This document shows positions 10,997-21,552 of a stretch of 64,000 bases of DNA, one piece after another. The notes beneath the pieces are model-generated. The model was not told where the DNA came from. It searched no databases and saw nothing but the letters and a program-made list of their open reading frames with translations. Origin of the DNA: Prochlorococcus sp. AG-679-M23 (GTDB taxonomy: Bacteria > Cyanobacteriota > Cyanobacteriia > PCC-6307 > Cyanobiaceae); the NCBI GenBank assembly GCA_003208875.1, contig QCUR01000002.1, forward strand, positions 96,001 through 160,000, given 5' to 3'. Within the stretch, counting starts at the first letter, position 1. Each line of letters begins with the position of its first letter. Both the position numbers and the translations under genes were made by a program.

Positions 10997-12964
10997 ATGA
11001 GTGAGGAAAAAAGATCTAATAAAATCTCCAATGACTATGGTGCTGATCAGATACAGGTTTTAGAGGGTTTAGAACCTGTTCGTAAACGACCAGGAATGTA
11101 TATTGGTTCTACTGGTCCAAGAGGACTTCATCATCTCGTATATGAAGTCGTAGATAATTCTGTAGATGAAGCCCTAGCTGGTCATTGTGATCATATTGAG
11201 ATAGCTCTTAAAGAAGATGGATCAGCTTTGATTTCAGATAATGGCAGGGGTATTCCTACAGATATACATCCAAGAACGGGTAAAAGTGCTCTGGAAACTG
11301 TTCTTACTGTTCTTCATGCAGGGGGAAAATTTGGAAGTGGTGGATATAAGGTTTCTGGTGGATTACATGGTGTCGGAATCTCTGTTGTTAATGCTCTAAG
11401 TGAGTGGGTGGATGTTACTGTTTTAAGAGATGGTAATGAGTTTAATCAAAGATTTGAGAAAGGAATTGCAAAAGGTGAATTAAAATCCCAAAAACAACAA
11501 AATAAACCATTAAGAAAAGGCACAACAATTTGTTTTAAGCCAGATACATCGATATTTACTGATGGTATTCAATTTGATTATGCTCTTTTATCCTCAAGAT
11601 TAAGAGAATTGGCTTATCTTAATGGCGGCGTCAAAATTATATTTAGAGATGAGAGGCAAAATTTATCGGATGGTTCTTTCAAAGAAGAAATTTACTTATA
11701 TGATGGCGGCATTAAAGAATATGTTGAGTATATAAATAAAGAAAAGGAATCTATTCATTCTGAGGTTATTTATGTTGATTCACAAAAAGATAATGTTTAC
11801 GTGGAGGCAGCTTTGCAATGGTGCTCGGATGTTTACTCAGATAATATATTGGGATTTGCAAATAATATCAGAACAATAGATGGCGGCACACATATAGATG
11901 GCTTGAAAACTGTATTGACCAGAACATTTAATGCTATAGCGAAAAAAAGAGGTAAAAGAAAAGAAGTTGATAAAAATTTGTCAGGAGAAAATATTAGAGA
12001 AGGTTTGACAGTCGTATTATCTGTAAAAGTTCCAGAACCGGAATTTGAAGGTCAAACAAAGACAAAATTGGGAAATACTGAAGTGAGAGGGATTGTTGAT
12101 TCGCTTATAGGAGAATCATTAATAAAGTATATGGAATTTAATCCTAATATTTTTGATTTAATTCTAGAAAAAGCAATTCAATCTTTTAATGCGGCAGAAG
12201 CAGCCAAACGAGCGAGGGATTTAGTAAGGAGAAAAAGTGTTCTTGAGAGTTCAACTTTGCCTGGCAAATTGGCAGATTGCAGTTCAAGAGATCCCTCAGG
12301 TGCAGAGATTTATATAGTTGAGGGTGATTCCGCTGGAGGTTCAGCTAAACAAGGAAGAGATAGGAGATTCCAGGCGATTTTACCTTTGAGAGGAAAAATA
12401 TTAAATATTGAAAAAACAGATGATGCAAAAATATATAAAAATACAGAAATTCAATCACTAATCACTGCTTTGGGATTGGGTATAAAGGGTGAAGAGTTTA
12501 ATGTAAATTCTCTAAGGTATCATAGAGTTGTAATTATGACTGATGCAGACGTAGATGGGGCACATATTAGAACATTACTATTAACTTTTTTTTATAGATA
12601 TCAGAGGGATCTCGTTGAAAAAGGTTTTATATACATTGCATGTCCTCCTTTATATAAAGTTGAAAGAGGAAAAAATCATAAATATTGCTATAACGAAAAT
12701 CAATTGAAGCAAACTATAGAAGATTTTGGAGAAAAAGCTAACTATAATATTCAAAGATTTAAAGGTTTAGGTGAAATGATGCCTAAACAATTATGGGATA
12801 CAACAATGAATCCTCAGACAAGAATGATGAAAAGAGTAGAAATTGAAGATGCTCTAGAAGCAGATAGAATATTCAATATTTTGATGGGAGATAAAGTGGC
12901 ACCAAGAAGAGAGTTTATTGAAACTCATAGTGCAAATTTAGATATGGCGACATTAGATATATGA
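10997..12964 (+). CDS. gyrB: DNA gyrase subunit B
   Basis: VRKRPGMYIG, EVVDNSVDE, VEGDSAGG, MTDADVDGAHI, QRFKGLGEM. Confidence 0.98.
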   Translation: MSEEKRSNKISNDYGADQIQVLEGLEPVRKRPGMYIGSTGPRGLHHLVYEVVDNSVDEALAGHCDHIEIALKEDGSALISDNGRGIPTDIHPRTGKSALETVLTVLHAGGKFGSGGYKVSGGLHGVGISVVNALSEWVDVTVLRDGNEFNQRFEKGIAKGELKSQKQQNKPLRKGTTICFKPDTSIFTDGIQFDYALLSSRLRELAYLNGGVKIIFRDERQNLSDGSFKEEIYLYDGGIKEYVEYINKEKESIHSEVIYVDSQKDNVYVEAALQWCSDVYSDNILGFANNIRTIDGGTHIDGLKTVLTRTFNAIAKKRGKRKEVDKNLSGENIREGLTVVLSVKVPEPEFEGQTKTKLGNTEVRGIVDSLIGESLIKYMEFNPNIFDLILEKAIQSFNAAEAAKRARDLVRRKSVLESSTLPGKLADCSSRDPSGAEIYIVEGDSAGGSAKQGRDRRFQAILPLRGKILNIEKTDDAKIYKNTEIQSLITALGLGIKGEEFNVNSLRYHRVVIMTDADVDGAHIRTLLLTFFYRYQRDLVEKGFIYIACPPLYKVERGKNHKYCYNENQLKQTIEDFGEKANYNIQRFKGLGEMMPKQLWDTTMNPQTRMMKRVEIEDALEADRIFNILMGDKVAPRREFIETHSANLDMATLDI

Positions 12965-13290
12965 TGAAAAATGTGATAAAAAATATTTGTTTAATCGGAT
13001 TCGCTCTGATTGGCCCAATTACATTACCTGCTGGAGGAATACAAAGGGATTTAAATGAATATAATATTTTTAATAATTCCAAAGAAATCATATTAAATTC
13101 AAATTGTTCACTTTATACTTTTCCTCAAATTAACGCAAAAAAATTGTTGGTTCTTGATACCGGTTCTTCATTATCAGTTTTACAAAAATGGGTAGTCAAA
13201 GAAAATGATACTTGGGTACGAGTAGAATTGCTAACAAATCATTTTATTGAACATCCTAATAGAACTAAAAGGGGTTGGATTAAAATATAG
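12961..13290 (+). CDS. Putative exported SH3b-like domain protein
   Basis: Hydrophobic N-terminus; WVRVE...RGWI pattern of bacterial SH3; ATGA overlap with gyrB stop. Confidence 0.6.
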   Translation: MMKNVIKNICLIGFALIGPITLPAGGIQRDLNEYNIFNNSKEIILNSNCSLYTFPQINAKKLLVLDTGSSLSVLQKWVVKENDTWVRVELLTNHFIEHPNRTKRGWIKI

Positions 13291-13293
13291 AGA

Positions 13294-13665
13294 TTGGAAT
13301 TAGATAGATTTGTTTGTATTTTAGCAGGAAGTACCTTTGGGTTGTTTGTAAGAATGTTTATAAAATATATTTCTGAAAAAGATAAAATATTCTATTCTAA
13401 TAATATTTTAATAGTAAATGTTTTAGCCTCATTGTTTTTAGGTATTTTTGAAGGTTTAAATATAACAAATAAGAATTTAATACTATTTATTTTTGTTGGT
13501 TTTTTAGGATGTTTAAGTACATTTTCATCTTTCATATATCAGTTATTTAATTTGATTCGAGAAAAAAAATATTTAATCCTATTGATTTATTATGCTGAAG
13601 TTATAGTATTATCTTTTTTATTTTTTTGTTTAGGATATTTTATTACTTTAACTTTTATAAATTGA
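13294..13665 (+). CDS. crcB: Fluc/CrcB family fluoride channel, copy 1
   Basis: 4 TM, G..GLFVR, LIVNVLASLFLG, GFLGCLSTFSSF. Confidence 0.82.
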   Translation: MELDRFVCILAGSTFGLFVRMFIKYISEKDKIFYSNNILIVNVLASLFLGIFEGLNITNKNLILFIFVGFLGCLSTFSSFIYQLFNLIREKKYLILLIYYAEVIVLSFLFFCLGYFITLTFIN

Positions 13666-13991
13666 ATAAAAAATATTTATTAACTTTATTATTAACAGCT
13701 TATTGCGCTGCATTCCTAAGGTTTTATTTTAAGAATAATTTTGTTATTTCTATTATAGGTTCTTTTTTATATGGCTTCTTTATTTCAAGAAAAATTAGTA
13801 AGTCAAAAAGAGAAATTTTATTTAGTGGTTTCTTTGCTTGCTTTACATCTTTTAGTGGTTTTGTTCATTTTTTATATCAATTTATTATCCAAGGTTACTA
13901 CCTAAAGTTATTTCTTTACTTGAATGTAATTGTTATTTTTAATTTAATAATAATGTATATTGGTTTTCAGCTAAGTAGAAAAATTACTTAA
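13662..13991 (+). CDS. crcB: Fluc/CrcB family protein, copy 2 (divergent)
   Basis: AAFLR, SIIGSFLYG, GFFACFTSFSGF; in-frame TTG at 13662 overlaps the copy-1 stop (TTGA). Confidence 0.7.
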   Translation: MNKKYLLTLLLTAYCAAFLRFYFKNNFVISIIGSFLYGFFISRKISKSKREILFSGFFACFTSFSGFVHFLYQFIIQGYYLKLFLYLNVIVIFNLIIMYIGFQLSRKIT

Positions 13992-14033
13992 TTTTTATAT
14001 AATATTAATGTTACTTTGATCAAGGGCAATATC

Positions 14034-15443
14034 ATGGATGAAAATAATAATATCGAGGTAAGTACTTCTTTATCTTCGGATTTATCTAATCGTGGAAAGA
14101 TCACGATCCAGCTCGAGGAATTTCTTGTTGCAGGAAATTATGATGAAGCCAAATTATTACTTGAGCCTTCCCAGCCCGTTGATATCGCTGATGCAATTGG
14201 TAGTCTTCCTTTAATACTTCAAGCTCTTGCATTTAGGTTATTAAAAAAAAATGAGGCAATTGAGGTTTATGAGTATTTAGATCCAATAGTGCAGCAAACA
14301 TTACTAGATAGACTTCGTTCCGGGGAGGTCTTAGAAATAGTTGAAAAAATGTCTCCTGATGATAGGGTTCAACTTTTTGATGAATTACCTGCAAAAGTTG
14401 TAAGAAAATTTCTGTCAGCACTAAGTCCTGGTGAGAGAAAAGTAACAGCAGAATTATTAGGTTATGAGCCAGAAACTGCAGGCAGATTAATGACTACTGA
14501 ATTCATAGATTTAAAAGAAATGCAAACTGCTGAGGAAGCATTGTCTATAGTAAGAAAAAGGGCTGCATTTACAGAGACAATATATAGTTTATATGTCACT
14601 GATAAAGAAAGACACCTAACTGGAATTTTATCTTTAAGAGATCTTGTTACGGCAGATCCTACTAGGCCTATTGGTGAGGTTATGACAAAGGATGTCGTTA
14701 ATATTTCCACTAATACTAATCAAGAGGATGTAGCTAGAGCAATTCAAAGATATGATTTTTTAGCTCTTCCAGTTGTTGATAAAGAAAAAAGATTAGTTGG
14801 AATTGTTACTGTTGATGATTTGATTGATGTTATTGAGCAAGAAGCTACTCGAGATATTTATGCCGCAGGCGCTGTTCAGCTTGGAGATGAGGATGATTAT
14901 TTTCAAAGTGGTTTATTTACAATTGCTCGAAGGAGAATTTTATGGCTATTAATTTTAGTTCTAGCTAATGGTTTAACTACAAAAGTTATTGCAATGAATG
15001 ATCAGATTTTAAAAGAAATAGTTTTACTTGCTGCTTTTATCCCATTGCTTATCGGTACCGGAGGAAATGTTGGAGCTCAAAGCTCAACAGTTGTTATAAG
15101 GGGTTTAAGTACTCAAAAATTAAAATCAATGGGTGCATTTAAGGTAGTGGTTAAAGAGGCAATAACTGGTGCTCTATTAGGAATTTTAATGATATTAGTC
15201 GTTTTCCCCTTTGCTTGGTGGCAAGGGGAGGGACCATTAATCGCATCCGCAGTTGGAATTAGCTTGATTTCGATAACAACGTTAGCTGCAACCGCCGGAG
15301 CTATTCTTCCCTTACTATTCGACAGGATGGGTTTAGACCCCGCTCTGATGTCTTCCCCCTTCATAACTACTGTGACAGATATTGCAGGCGTATTTATTTA
15401 TCTTAGTACTGCAAATTGGCTACTTAATTCTTCGATTTTGTAA
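14034..15443 (+). CDS. mgtE: Mg2+ transporter MgtE
   Basis: N-domain, CBS pair (TAGRLMT, GIVTVDD), GGNVGAQS, DPALMSSPFITTVTD; ATG at 14034. Confidence 0.96.
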   Translation: MDENNNIEVSTSLSSDLSNRGKITIQLEEFLVAGNYDEAKLLLEPSQPVDIADAIGSLPLILQALAFRLLKKNEAIEVYEYLDPIVQQTLLDRLRSGEVLEIVEKMSPDDRVQLFDELPAKVVRKFLSALSPGERKVTAELLGYEPETAGRLMTTEFIDLKEMQTAEEALSIVRKRAAFTETIYSLYVTDKERHLTGILSLRDLVTADPTRPIGEVMTKDVVNISTNTNQEDVARAIQRYDFLALPVVDKEKRLVGIVTVDDLIDVIEQEATRDIYAAGAVQLGDEDDYFQSGLFTIARRRILWLLILVLANGLTTKVIAMNDQILKEIVLLAAFIPLLIGTGGNVGAQSSTVVIRGLSTQKLKSMGAFKVVVKEAITGALLGILMILVVFPFAWWQGEGPLIASAVGISLISITTLAATAGAILPLLFDRMGLDPALMSSPFITTVTDIAGVFIYLSTANWLLNSSIL

Positions 15444-15543
15444 GAATCACTAGGTATTTATTCTCATTTTTGAAGAATTGTGGTTTTTTTTGTTTAACTT
15501 TACATTTCTTAATGGTATTGTTTACAAAACAACATTAACTTTT

Positions 15544-16545
15544 ATGTCACCCGAAACATTAGTTGAGAATAAATTAGCTACTATTTCATCTTTAAAATCT
15601 AGTAATGATGTAGATTTGGTTAGGTCTTATTTGAGGGATATTGGACGAGTTCCATTACTATCACATGAGCAAGAGATAACTTTAGGTAGGCAAGTTCAAG
15701 AATATATGCAAGTTGAGAGAGCTGAAGTTGAAATAATGGAATTAACAGATATTAAACCTTCAGCTGAAGAATTAGCTGAAAAGTTAAATTTATCTACTTC
15801 ACAAATCAAAAAAAGACTCAGAGCTGGTCAGCGAGCAAAAGAAAGAATGGTTGCTGCAAATTTAAGATTAGTCGTTAGTGTTGCAAAAAAATATACAAAA
15901 AGAAATATGGAACTTCTTGATTTAATTCAAGAAGGAACAATTGGATTAGTAAGGGGTGTAGAAAAATTTGATCCTGCTAGAGGATATAAATTTTCAACAT
16001 ATGCTTATTGGTGGATTAGACAAGGTATTACAAGAGCAATTGCAGAAAAAAGTAGAGCTATTAGATTGCCAATCCACATAACGGAAATGCTTAATAAGCT
16101 AAAAAAAGGTCAAAGAGAGTTGAGTCAAGAAATGTCAAGAACACCTACGATAAGTGAACTAGCTAAATATGTTGAGTTGCCTGAAGATGATGTTAAAGAT
16201 TTAATGTGCAAAGCTGGGCAGCCAGTAAGTCTAGAAACAAAAGTTGGTGATGGTGAAGATACAGTTTTACTGGATTTGTTAGCTGGAGGAGAAGATTTAC
16301 CTGATGAGCAAATTGAAATGGACTGTATGAGAGGTGACTTACATTCACTACTTCATCAGTTACCTGATTTGCAATGTAGAGTTTTAAGAATGAGATATGG
16401 AATGGATGGAGATGAGCCAATGTCTCTAACAGGTATTGGACGTGTTTTGGGTATTAGTAGAGATAGGGTAAGAAATTTAGAAAGAGATGGTCTTAGAGGT
16501 CTAAGAAGACTTAGCGAAAGTGTGGAAGCTTATTTCGTCTCTTGA
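15544..16545 (+). CDS. Group 2 RNA polymerase sigma-70 factor
   Basis: DLVRSYL.DIGRVPLL, ANLRLVVSVAKKY, DLIQEG, GYKFSTYAYWWIRQ; no region 1.1; ATG at 15544 preferred. Confidence 0.93.
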   Translation: MSPETLVENKLATISSLKSSNDVDLVRSYLRDIGRVPLLSHEQEITLGRQVQEYMQVERAEVEIMELTDIKPSAEELAEKLNLSTSQIKKRLRAGQRAKERMVAANLRLVVSVAKKYTKRNMELLDLIQEGTIGLVRGVEKFDPARGYKFSTYAYWWIRQGITRAIAEKSRAIRLPIHITEMLNKLKKGQRELSQEMSRTPTISELAKYVELPEDDVKDLMCKAGQPVSLETKVGDGEDTVLLDLLAGGEDLPDEQIEMDCMRGDLHSLLHQLPDLQCRVLRMRYGMDGDEPMSLTGIGRVLGISRDRVRNLERDGLRGLRRLSESVEAYFVS

Positions 16546-17441
16546 ATAAATTCACGTATTAATTTATTAGTTTCCTCAGGATTTTCATCATGTGGACAAT
16601 GTCCAGCATTCATAATAATATCTAGCCTTTTTATATTTTTATAATTTTTCTTCCAAGATTTTGCTTCATTTAGAGATTCCCATGGATCTTTTTCTCCCCA
16701 AATCAACTGAATTGGAGCATTGACCTTACCAAAAAGGTCTGTTGCAAGGTAGTCGTCAAAAAGATTGATAAATCCACGAAATGCTTCTTTCGAATTTTCT
16801 CTTTGAGAAGGGTTATATAGAATTTCTATTAATTCTTCATCAATATTTTTTCCTGAGGGATATGCTTTTTTAAGGATTTGTTTTATTATTGCTGGATTTG
16901 CAGCCCTTTCAAAGAGAGTGTTGCTAATAATTCTTTTACTTACTAGTGTTTTTATTACTGGACGTAAAAAGTTCATTAAAATGTCACTTCTTTTTAATCT
17001 TTTATCATCCATTGTTCTTTGAGCACAGTCAATTAAAACGAGTCCATTGCAATTTTCTTTGAGAATTTCAGCAGCTTTTAAAGATACAACCCCACCTATT
17101 GAGTTGCCCACTAAAAATACAGGAGATTGAATTACTTCATTACAAAATGCAGCTATCTGATTCCCCCATAAGTCAAAAGAATATTTAATATGGTTTTTTT
17201 TGTAAGATTCATAATCTAATAAAGCCCCAGGTTGGCTGCTTTCTCCAAAGCCTAGTAAGTCAATTGAATAGCAATTATAAATACTTCCTAGAAAATCTTG
17301 ATTATGTCTCCAGTGCCTCTTTGATGCTCCAAAACCATGTATTAATAATATATTTAAATTATTATTAGGTGATTGTTTTGATGAAGACCACGATATCTCC
17401 CAATCTTTCCATTTCCAATTTTCAGATTTTTTAAAAGGCAT
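16530..17441 (-). CDS. Alpha/beta hydrolase
   Basis: HGFGAS, GNSIGG nucleophile elbow, WGEKDPW, AGHCPHDE. Confidence 0.9.
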   Translation of the reverse strand: MPFKKSENWKWKDWEISWSSSKQSPNNNLNILLIHGFGASKRHWRHNQDFLGSIYNCYSIDLLGFGESSQPGALLDYESYKKNHIKYSFDLWGNQIAAFCNEVIQSPVFLVGNSIGGVVSLKAAEILKENCNGLVLIDCAQRTMDDKRLKRSDILMNFLRPVIKTLVSKRIISNTLFERAANPAIIKQILKKAYPSGKNIDEELIEILYNPSQRENSKEAFRGFINLFDDYLATDLFGKVNAPIQLIWGEKDPWESLNEAKSWKKNYKNIKRLDIIMNAGHCPHDENPEETNKLIREFIQETK

Positions 17442-17472
17442 TACAAGAAAAATATTAATTAAACTTTAATTC

Positions 17473-17487
17473 AAAAAAAAAAAAAAA
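17473..17487. repeat. A15 mononucleotide tract in divergent promoter region
   Basis: 15 consecutive A counted directly. Confidence 0.9.
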
Positions 17488-17530
17488 GTTTTTGATTAAT
17501 TATTCTTAGTTTAGAAAAAAATTTTAGTCT

Positions 17531-18529
17531 ATGAAAAAAACAAAAGTTGTTTGTATTGGAGAGGCTTTGGTAGATAGAATCAAGAATAAAACGAATCAAG
17601 GATTTACGGATTTTTTGGGAGGAGCTCCTGCAAATGTAGTTTCTGCATTGAGAAAATTGCAAATAGATTCAGCATTTATTGGACGTGTAGGAAGTGATGA
17701 ATTTGGTAAGAAATTTATTAAACAATTTAAAGAATTAGAGGTAAATATAAAATTTTTGCAATTGGATGATTGTCGTCCTACTCGTATCGTTAAAGTAGAT
17801 AGAGATAATTCTGGAGATCGATATTTTTCTGGTTTTGATACAAGCTTAAATACAGTTTTTGCTGATGAGGCTCTTGATGTAAATGAAATTAAAAAAGATT
17901 TGAAAAGTTTGGAAGAACTCTTTTCAAAAACAAAATATTTAGTTTGTGGAACAATTATATTATCGTCTTCAATTTCAGCAGATTCTATTAACTTTTTATT
18001 GAGTTTAGCTAATAAATTTGATGTAAAAATAATAATTGATTTGAACTGGCGGGAGGTTTTTTGGGATTTTGCAACTTCTTTATCAGAAACTAGTAAAAAA
18101 GAAAGAGTTAATTTAATTAGGAATTTATTGAATGAAGCGCATATTTTAAAGTTGGCTAAAGAGGAGGCAATTTTATTTTTTGAAAATGAAAATCCTTTGG
18201 AAATATCTGAAAAATTGTTAAACCGTCCTGATGTAATAATTACAGATGGAGCAAATCCTATTTTGTGGTTTATAAATGGAGTGCAGGGAATGACTAAAGT
18301 ATGTAGGTCGCTAAAAATTATTGATACTACTGGAGCAGGTGATGCTTTTTTAGCTGGATTAATTTCAAAATTACTTTCATTTGATTATCCTCTAAATAAA
18401 TCAGAAATACAAAATTGTGTAAGGTTTGCAAGTGTTTGTGGTTTGCTCACTTGTCTTGGTGAAGGTGCGATTGAACAACAACCAGACTATTCAAAAGTTA
18501 ATAAATTTCTTGGATCCCAGATTTTATAA
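17531..18529 (+). CDS. PfkB-family carbohydrate kinase (fructokinase-like)
   Basis: GGAPANV, GRVGSDEFG, DTTGAGDAF. Confidence 0.92.
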   Translation: MKKTKVVCIGEALVDRIKNKTNQGFTDFLGGAPANVVSALRKLQIDSAFIGRVGSDEFGKKFIKQFKELEVNIKFLQLDDCRPTRIVKVDRDNSGDRYFSGFDTSLNTVFADEALDVNEIKKDLKSLEELFSKTKYLVCGTIILSSSISADSINFLLSLANKFDVKIIIDLNWREVFWDFATSLSETSKKERVNLIRNLLNEAHILKLAKEEAILFFENENPLEISEKLLNRPDVIITDGANPILWFINGVQGMTKVCRSLKIIDTTGAGDAFLAGLISKLLSFDYPLNKSEIQNCVRFASVCGLLTCLGEGAIEQQPDYSKVNKFLGSQIL

Positions 18530-18924
18530 TTTCTCCCAAAATTTGTAGCGTAACTTATTTCTATTTTCCAGAAATTATTCAAACAAGGCTTTATTAATTC
18601 CGGCCATTCAATAACCATTATAGCTTCATTTTGTATAGCCTCTTCTTCCTCAGAAATAAAGAATTCTTTTGCCATCAAACTATTTTCTAGTCTGTACAAA
18701 TCCATGTGAATGAGTGGAATAGTTCCAGAACTATAATGATGCGATAAAGCAAATGTTGGACTTGTAATATCTTCTGAAATAGAGAGGCCTATTGCAATTC
18801 CTTGGACGAATGAAGTTTTTCCAGCTCCAATAGGACCTTGTAGTAAAATGACTGATTTTGGATTTAATCCTCGAGCGAAATCACTTCCTAATTGAATTGT
18901 TTCTTTTAGATTCCCAACAAACAC
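18487..18924 (-). CDS. tsaE: t6A biosynthesis ATPase TsaE
   Basis: GPIGAGKT, SPTFAL, HMDLYRL, IEWPE. Confidence 0.95.
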   Translation of the reverse strand: MFVGNLKETIQLGSDFARGLNPKSVILLQGPIGAGKTSFVQGIAIGLSISEDITSPTFALSHHYSSGTIPLIHMDLYRLENSLMAKEFFISEEEEAIQNEAIMVIEWPELIKPCLNNFWKIEISYATNFGRNYKIWDPRNLLTFE

Positions 18925-18973
18925 AAAATTATATAAAAATCATTTATAGTAAAAGTATAAGATATTTTTAGAA

Positions 18974-20392
18974 ATGGTTATTGCTAATTCGATTAAAACC
19001 TCCATACCAAACTACGTAATTAAAGATATTTCTTTATCTGATTTCGGGCGTAAGGAAATTAAAATTGCCGAAACTGAAATGCCTGGACTAATGGCACTTA
19101 GAGATAAGCATCATTCTGATAATCCTCTAAAAGGTGCAAAGATAGCTGGTAGTTTACATATGACTATCCAAACTGCTGTTTTGATTGAAACTCTTGTTGA
19201 ACTTGGTGCACAAGTTAAATGGGCTTCATGTAATATTTTCTCAACACAGGATCATGCAGCGGCGGCTATTGCAGAACAAGGAATTTCTGTATATGCAAAA
19301 AAAGGTGAGAGTCTAGATGAGTATTGGCAATATACACACTACATTTTGGATTGGGGTACAGATTCTCCAAACATGATTCTTGATGATGGGGGAGATGCAA
19401 CAGGTTTATTGATACTCGGGAGTAAGGCAGAAAAGGATTTGTCAGTTTTAAACAATCCTAGTAACGAAGAGGAAATAGCATTATTCAAATCAATTAGGTC
19501 TAAATTGCAAGAAGATAGTAGTTTCTACTCTCGTATTAAGGCAAATATTATTGGCGTTACTGAAGAAACAACAACAGGAGTTGCAAGACTTTATCAATTG
19601 CAAAAACAAAATGCATTACCATTTCCTGCTATTAACGTAAACGATTCAGTTACCAAGAGTAAATTTGATAACTTATATGGTTGTAGAGAATCTCTAGTCG
19701 ATAGTATCAAACGTGCGACTGATGTAATGATTGCAGGAAAGGTTGCGTTAGTAATGGGATTCGGAGATGTTGGCAAAGGATCTGCTCAATCTTTAAGAGG
19801 ACTTGGAGCAATAGTCAAAGTTGCTGAAGTTGATCCTATATGCGCTCTTCAAGCAGCTATGGAGGGATTTAGTGTCGTAACATTAAATGATGTTGTTGAA
19901 GATATTGATATATTTGTTACTGCTACTGGTAATTACCAAGTTATAACTAACGATAACCTTATCAAAATGAAGGATGAGGCGATAGTCTGTAATATTGGAC
20001 ATTTTGATAACGAGATTGATGTTGCTTCTTTGAAAGATTACCCTTGGGAGAATATTAAGCCTCAAGTTGATCATATTACTTTGCCAAGTGGAAATAAAAT
20101 TATTCTTTTAGCAGAGGGAAGACTTGTTAATTTAGGCTGTGCGACAGGTCATCCAAGTTTTGTTATGAGTAATTCTTTTACTAATCAGGTATTAGCCCAA
20201 ATTGAACTTTTCAATAAGTCAGATGAATACTCTAAAGAGGTCTATGTTTTACCCAAACATTTAGATGAAATGGTAGCCAGATTACATTTAGATAAAATTG
20301 GGGCTAAGTTAACAAAACTAACTAAAGATCAAGCAGACTATATTAATGTCTCCGTTGATGGACCTTATAAACCAGAGCAATATAGATATTAA
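18974..20392 (+). CDS. ahcY: Adenosylhomocysteinase
   Basis: [43 protein letters not shown]. Confidence 0.98.
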   Translation: MVIANSIKTSIPNYVIKDISLSDFGRKEIKIAETEMPGLMALRDKHHSDNPLKGAKIAGSLHMTIQTAVLIETLVELGAQVKWASCNIFSTQDHAAAAIAEQGISVYAKKGESLDEYWQYTHYILDWGTDSPNMILDDGGDATGLLILGSKAEKDLSVLNNPSNEEEIALFKSIRSKLQEDSSFYSRIKANIIGVTEETTTGVARLYQLQKQNALPFPAINVNDSVTKSKFDNLYGCRESLVDSIKRATDVMIAGKVALVMGFGDVGKGSAQSLRGLGAIVKVAEVDPICALQAAMEGFSVVTLNDVVEDIDIFVTATGNYQVITNDNLIKMKDEAIVCNIGHFDNEIDVASLKDYPWENIKPQVDHITLPSGNKIILLAEGRLVNLGCATGHPSFVMSNSFTNQVLAQIELFNKSDEYSKEVYVLPKHLDEMVARLHLDKIGAKLTKLTKDQADYINVSVDGPYKPEQYRY

Positions 20393-20394
20393 AT

Positions 20395-21045
20395 TTGAGT
20401 TTAATTTTTATTAATTTACTCACTTCCATTCCCGAATATATTAGTAAGGCTGTTGAAACAAACTCAACAATAGCTTACTTAACGATATGTTTGGCGATGT
20501 TTTTAGAAAACATCATACCCCCAATCCCATCGGAAATAATAATGCCTTTAGGTGGATTTTTTGTTTACCAACAAAAATTAAATTTTTATATTTTGGTTTT
20601 TTGGGGTGTATTTGGAACGATACTAGGATCTATGCCTTGGTATTATTTAGGTAAATTAGTAAATGAAAAGAGACTATCAAACTTTTTAGATAAAAGGGGT
20701 AAATACATAGGAATAACTTCTAATGATCTTATTAAAAGCAGGAGATGGTTTGATAAATATGGGGTTTCGTTAGTTTTTTGGGGTAGATTAGTGCCTGGTA
20801 TAAGAACATTAATTTCAGTACCTGCTGGAATGGAATTAATGCCACTGAAGAAATTTTTAATTTGGACTAGTTTAGGAAGTTTAATATGGGTTACATTATT
20901 AACCTATGCAGGATTTGTATTTGGCGAAAATTATCCAATTATTGAAACATATCTAAATCAAATTAAATATATTGTCAAACCTATACTAATTCTGATATTT
21001 GTTTATTTTTTAATAAAATTTTTTATGAGACTTTATAATAAATAA
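20395..21045 (+). CDS. DedA family membrane protein
   Basis: ENIIPPIPSE, GRLVPGIRTLISVPAG. Confidence 0.92.
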   Translation: MSLIFINLLTSIPEYISKAVETNSTIAYLTICLAMFLENIIPPIPSEIIMPLGGFFVYQQKLNFYILVFWGVFGTILGSMPWYYLGKLVNEKRLSNFLDKRGKYIGITSNDLIKSRRWFDKYGVSLVFWGRLVPGIRTLISVPAGMELMPLKKFLIWTSLGSLIWVTLLTYAGFVFGENYPIIETYLNQIKYIVKPILILIFVYFLIKFFMRLYNK

Positions 21046-21050
21046 AAATC

Positions 21051-21422
21051 TTAAAAAGGAATATCTCCAGAGTTATTATTATTTGAAAAATTGCTGTTAT
21101 CTGTTTCTTTCTTAGAGCTTAATAAATTTAATCTATCAACTCTAACAACTGGTTTAAATCTGTCTTCACCTGTATTCTTGTCTTTCCAGCTATCAATTTT
21201 AAAGCTTCCTGTAATACCAATTAAAGAACCTTTCTTGACATAGTCAGCAGCTATTTGTGCTTGTTTGCCCCATATTTCTAAATTAAACCAGTCAGGTTCA
21301 TCACCTCTACTTATTCTATTTACTGCAAGAGTGAAGTTCGCAACTGTACTTCCAGATTCGAAATATCTCACATCAGGTTCTCTTCCTGCTCTACCAACCA
21401 AATTAATAGTGTTAATTTCCAT
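21051..21422 (-). CDS. ssb: Single-stranded DNA-binding protein
   Basis: NLVGRAGREP, FTLAVNR, C-terminal DIPF; ATG at 21422 preferred over 21446. Confidence 0.95.
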   Translation of the reverse strand: MEINTINLVGRAGREPDVRYFESGSTVANFTLAVNRISRGDEPDWFNLEIWGKQAQIAADYVKKGSLIGITGSFKIDSWKDKNTGEDRFKPVVRVDRLNLLSSKKETDNSNFSNNNNSGDIPF

Positions 21423-21552
21423 AAGTTTTTTTTTTATTTTACTCATCTTTTTTGTTTTTGCTTAAGTTTTGCAAGCTATTCATAACTAATTAAAAGTTTT
21501 TTTTGAGGTATTGAGAAAATAGATATATTATTTATTTAATAGATTTCTTATT

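Noticed and set aside
16530..18529. Convergent 3' overlaps (sigma/hydrolase 16 nt, pfkB/tsaE 43 nt)
   Set aside because: Ordinary for a streamlined genome
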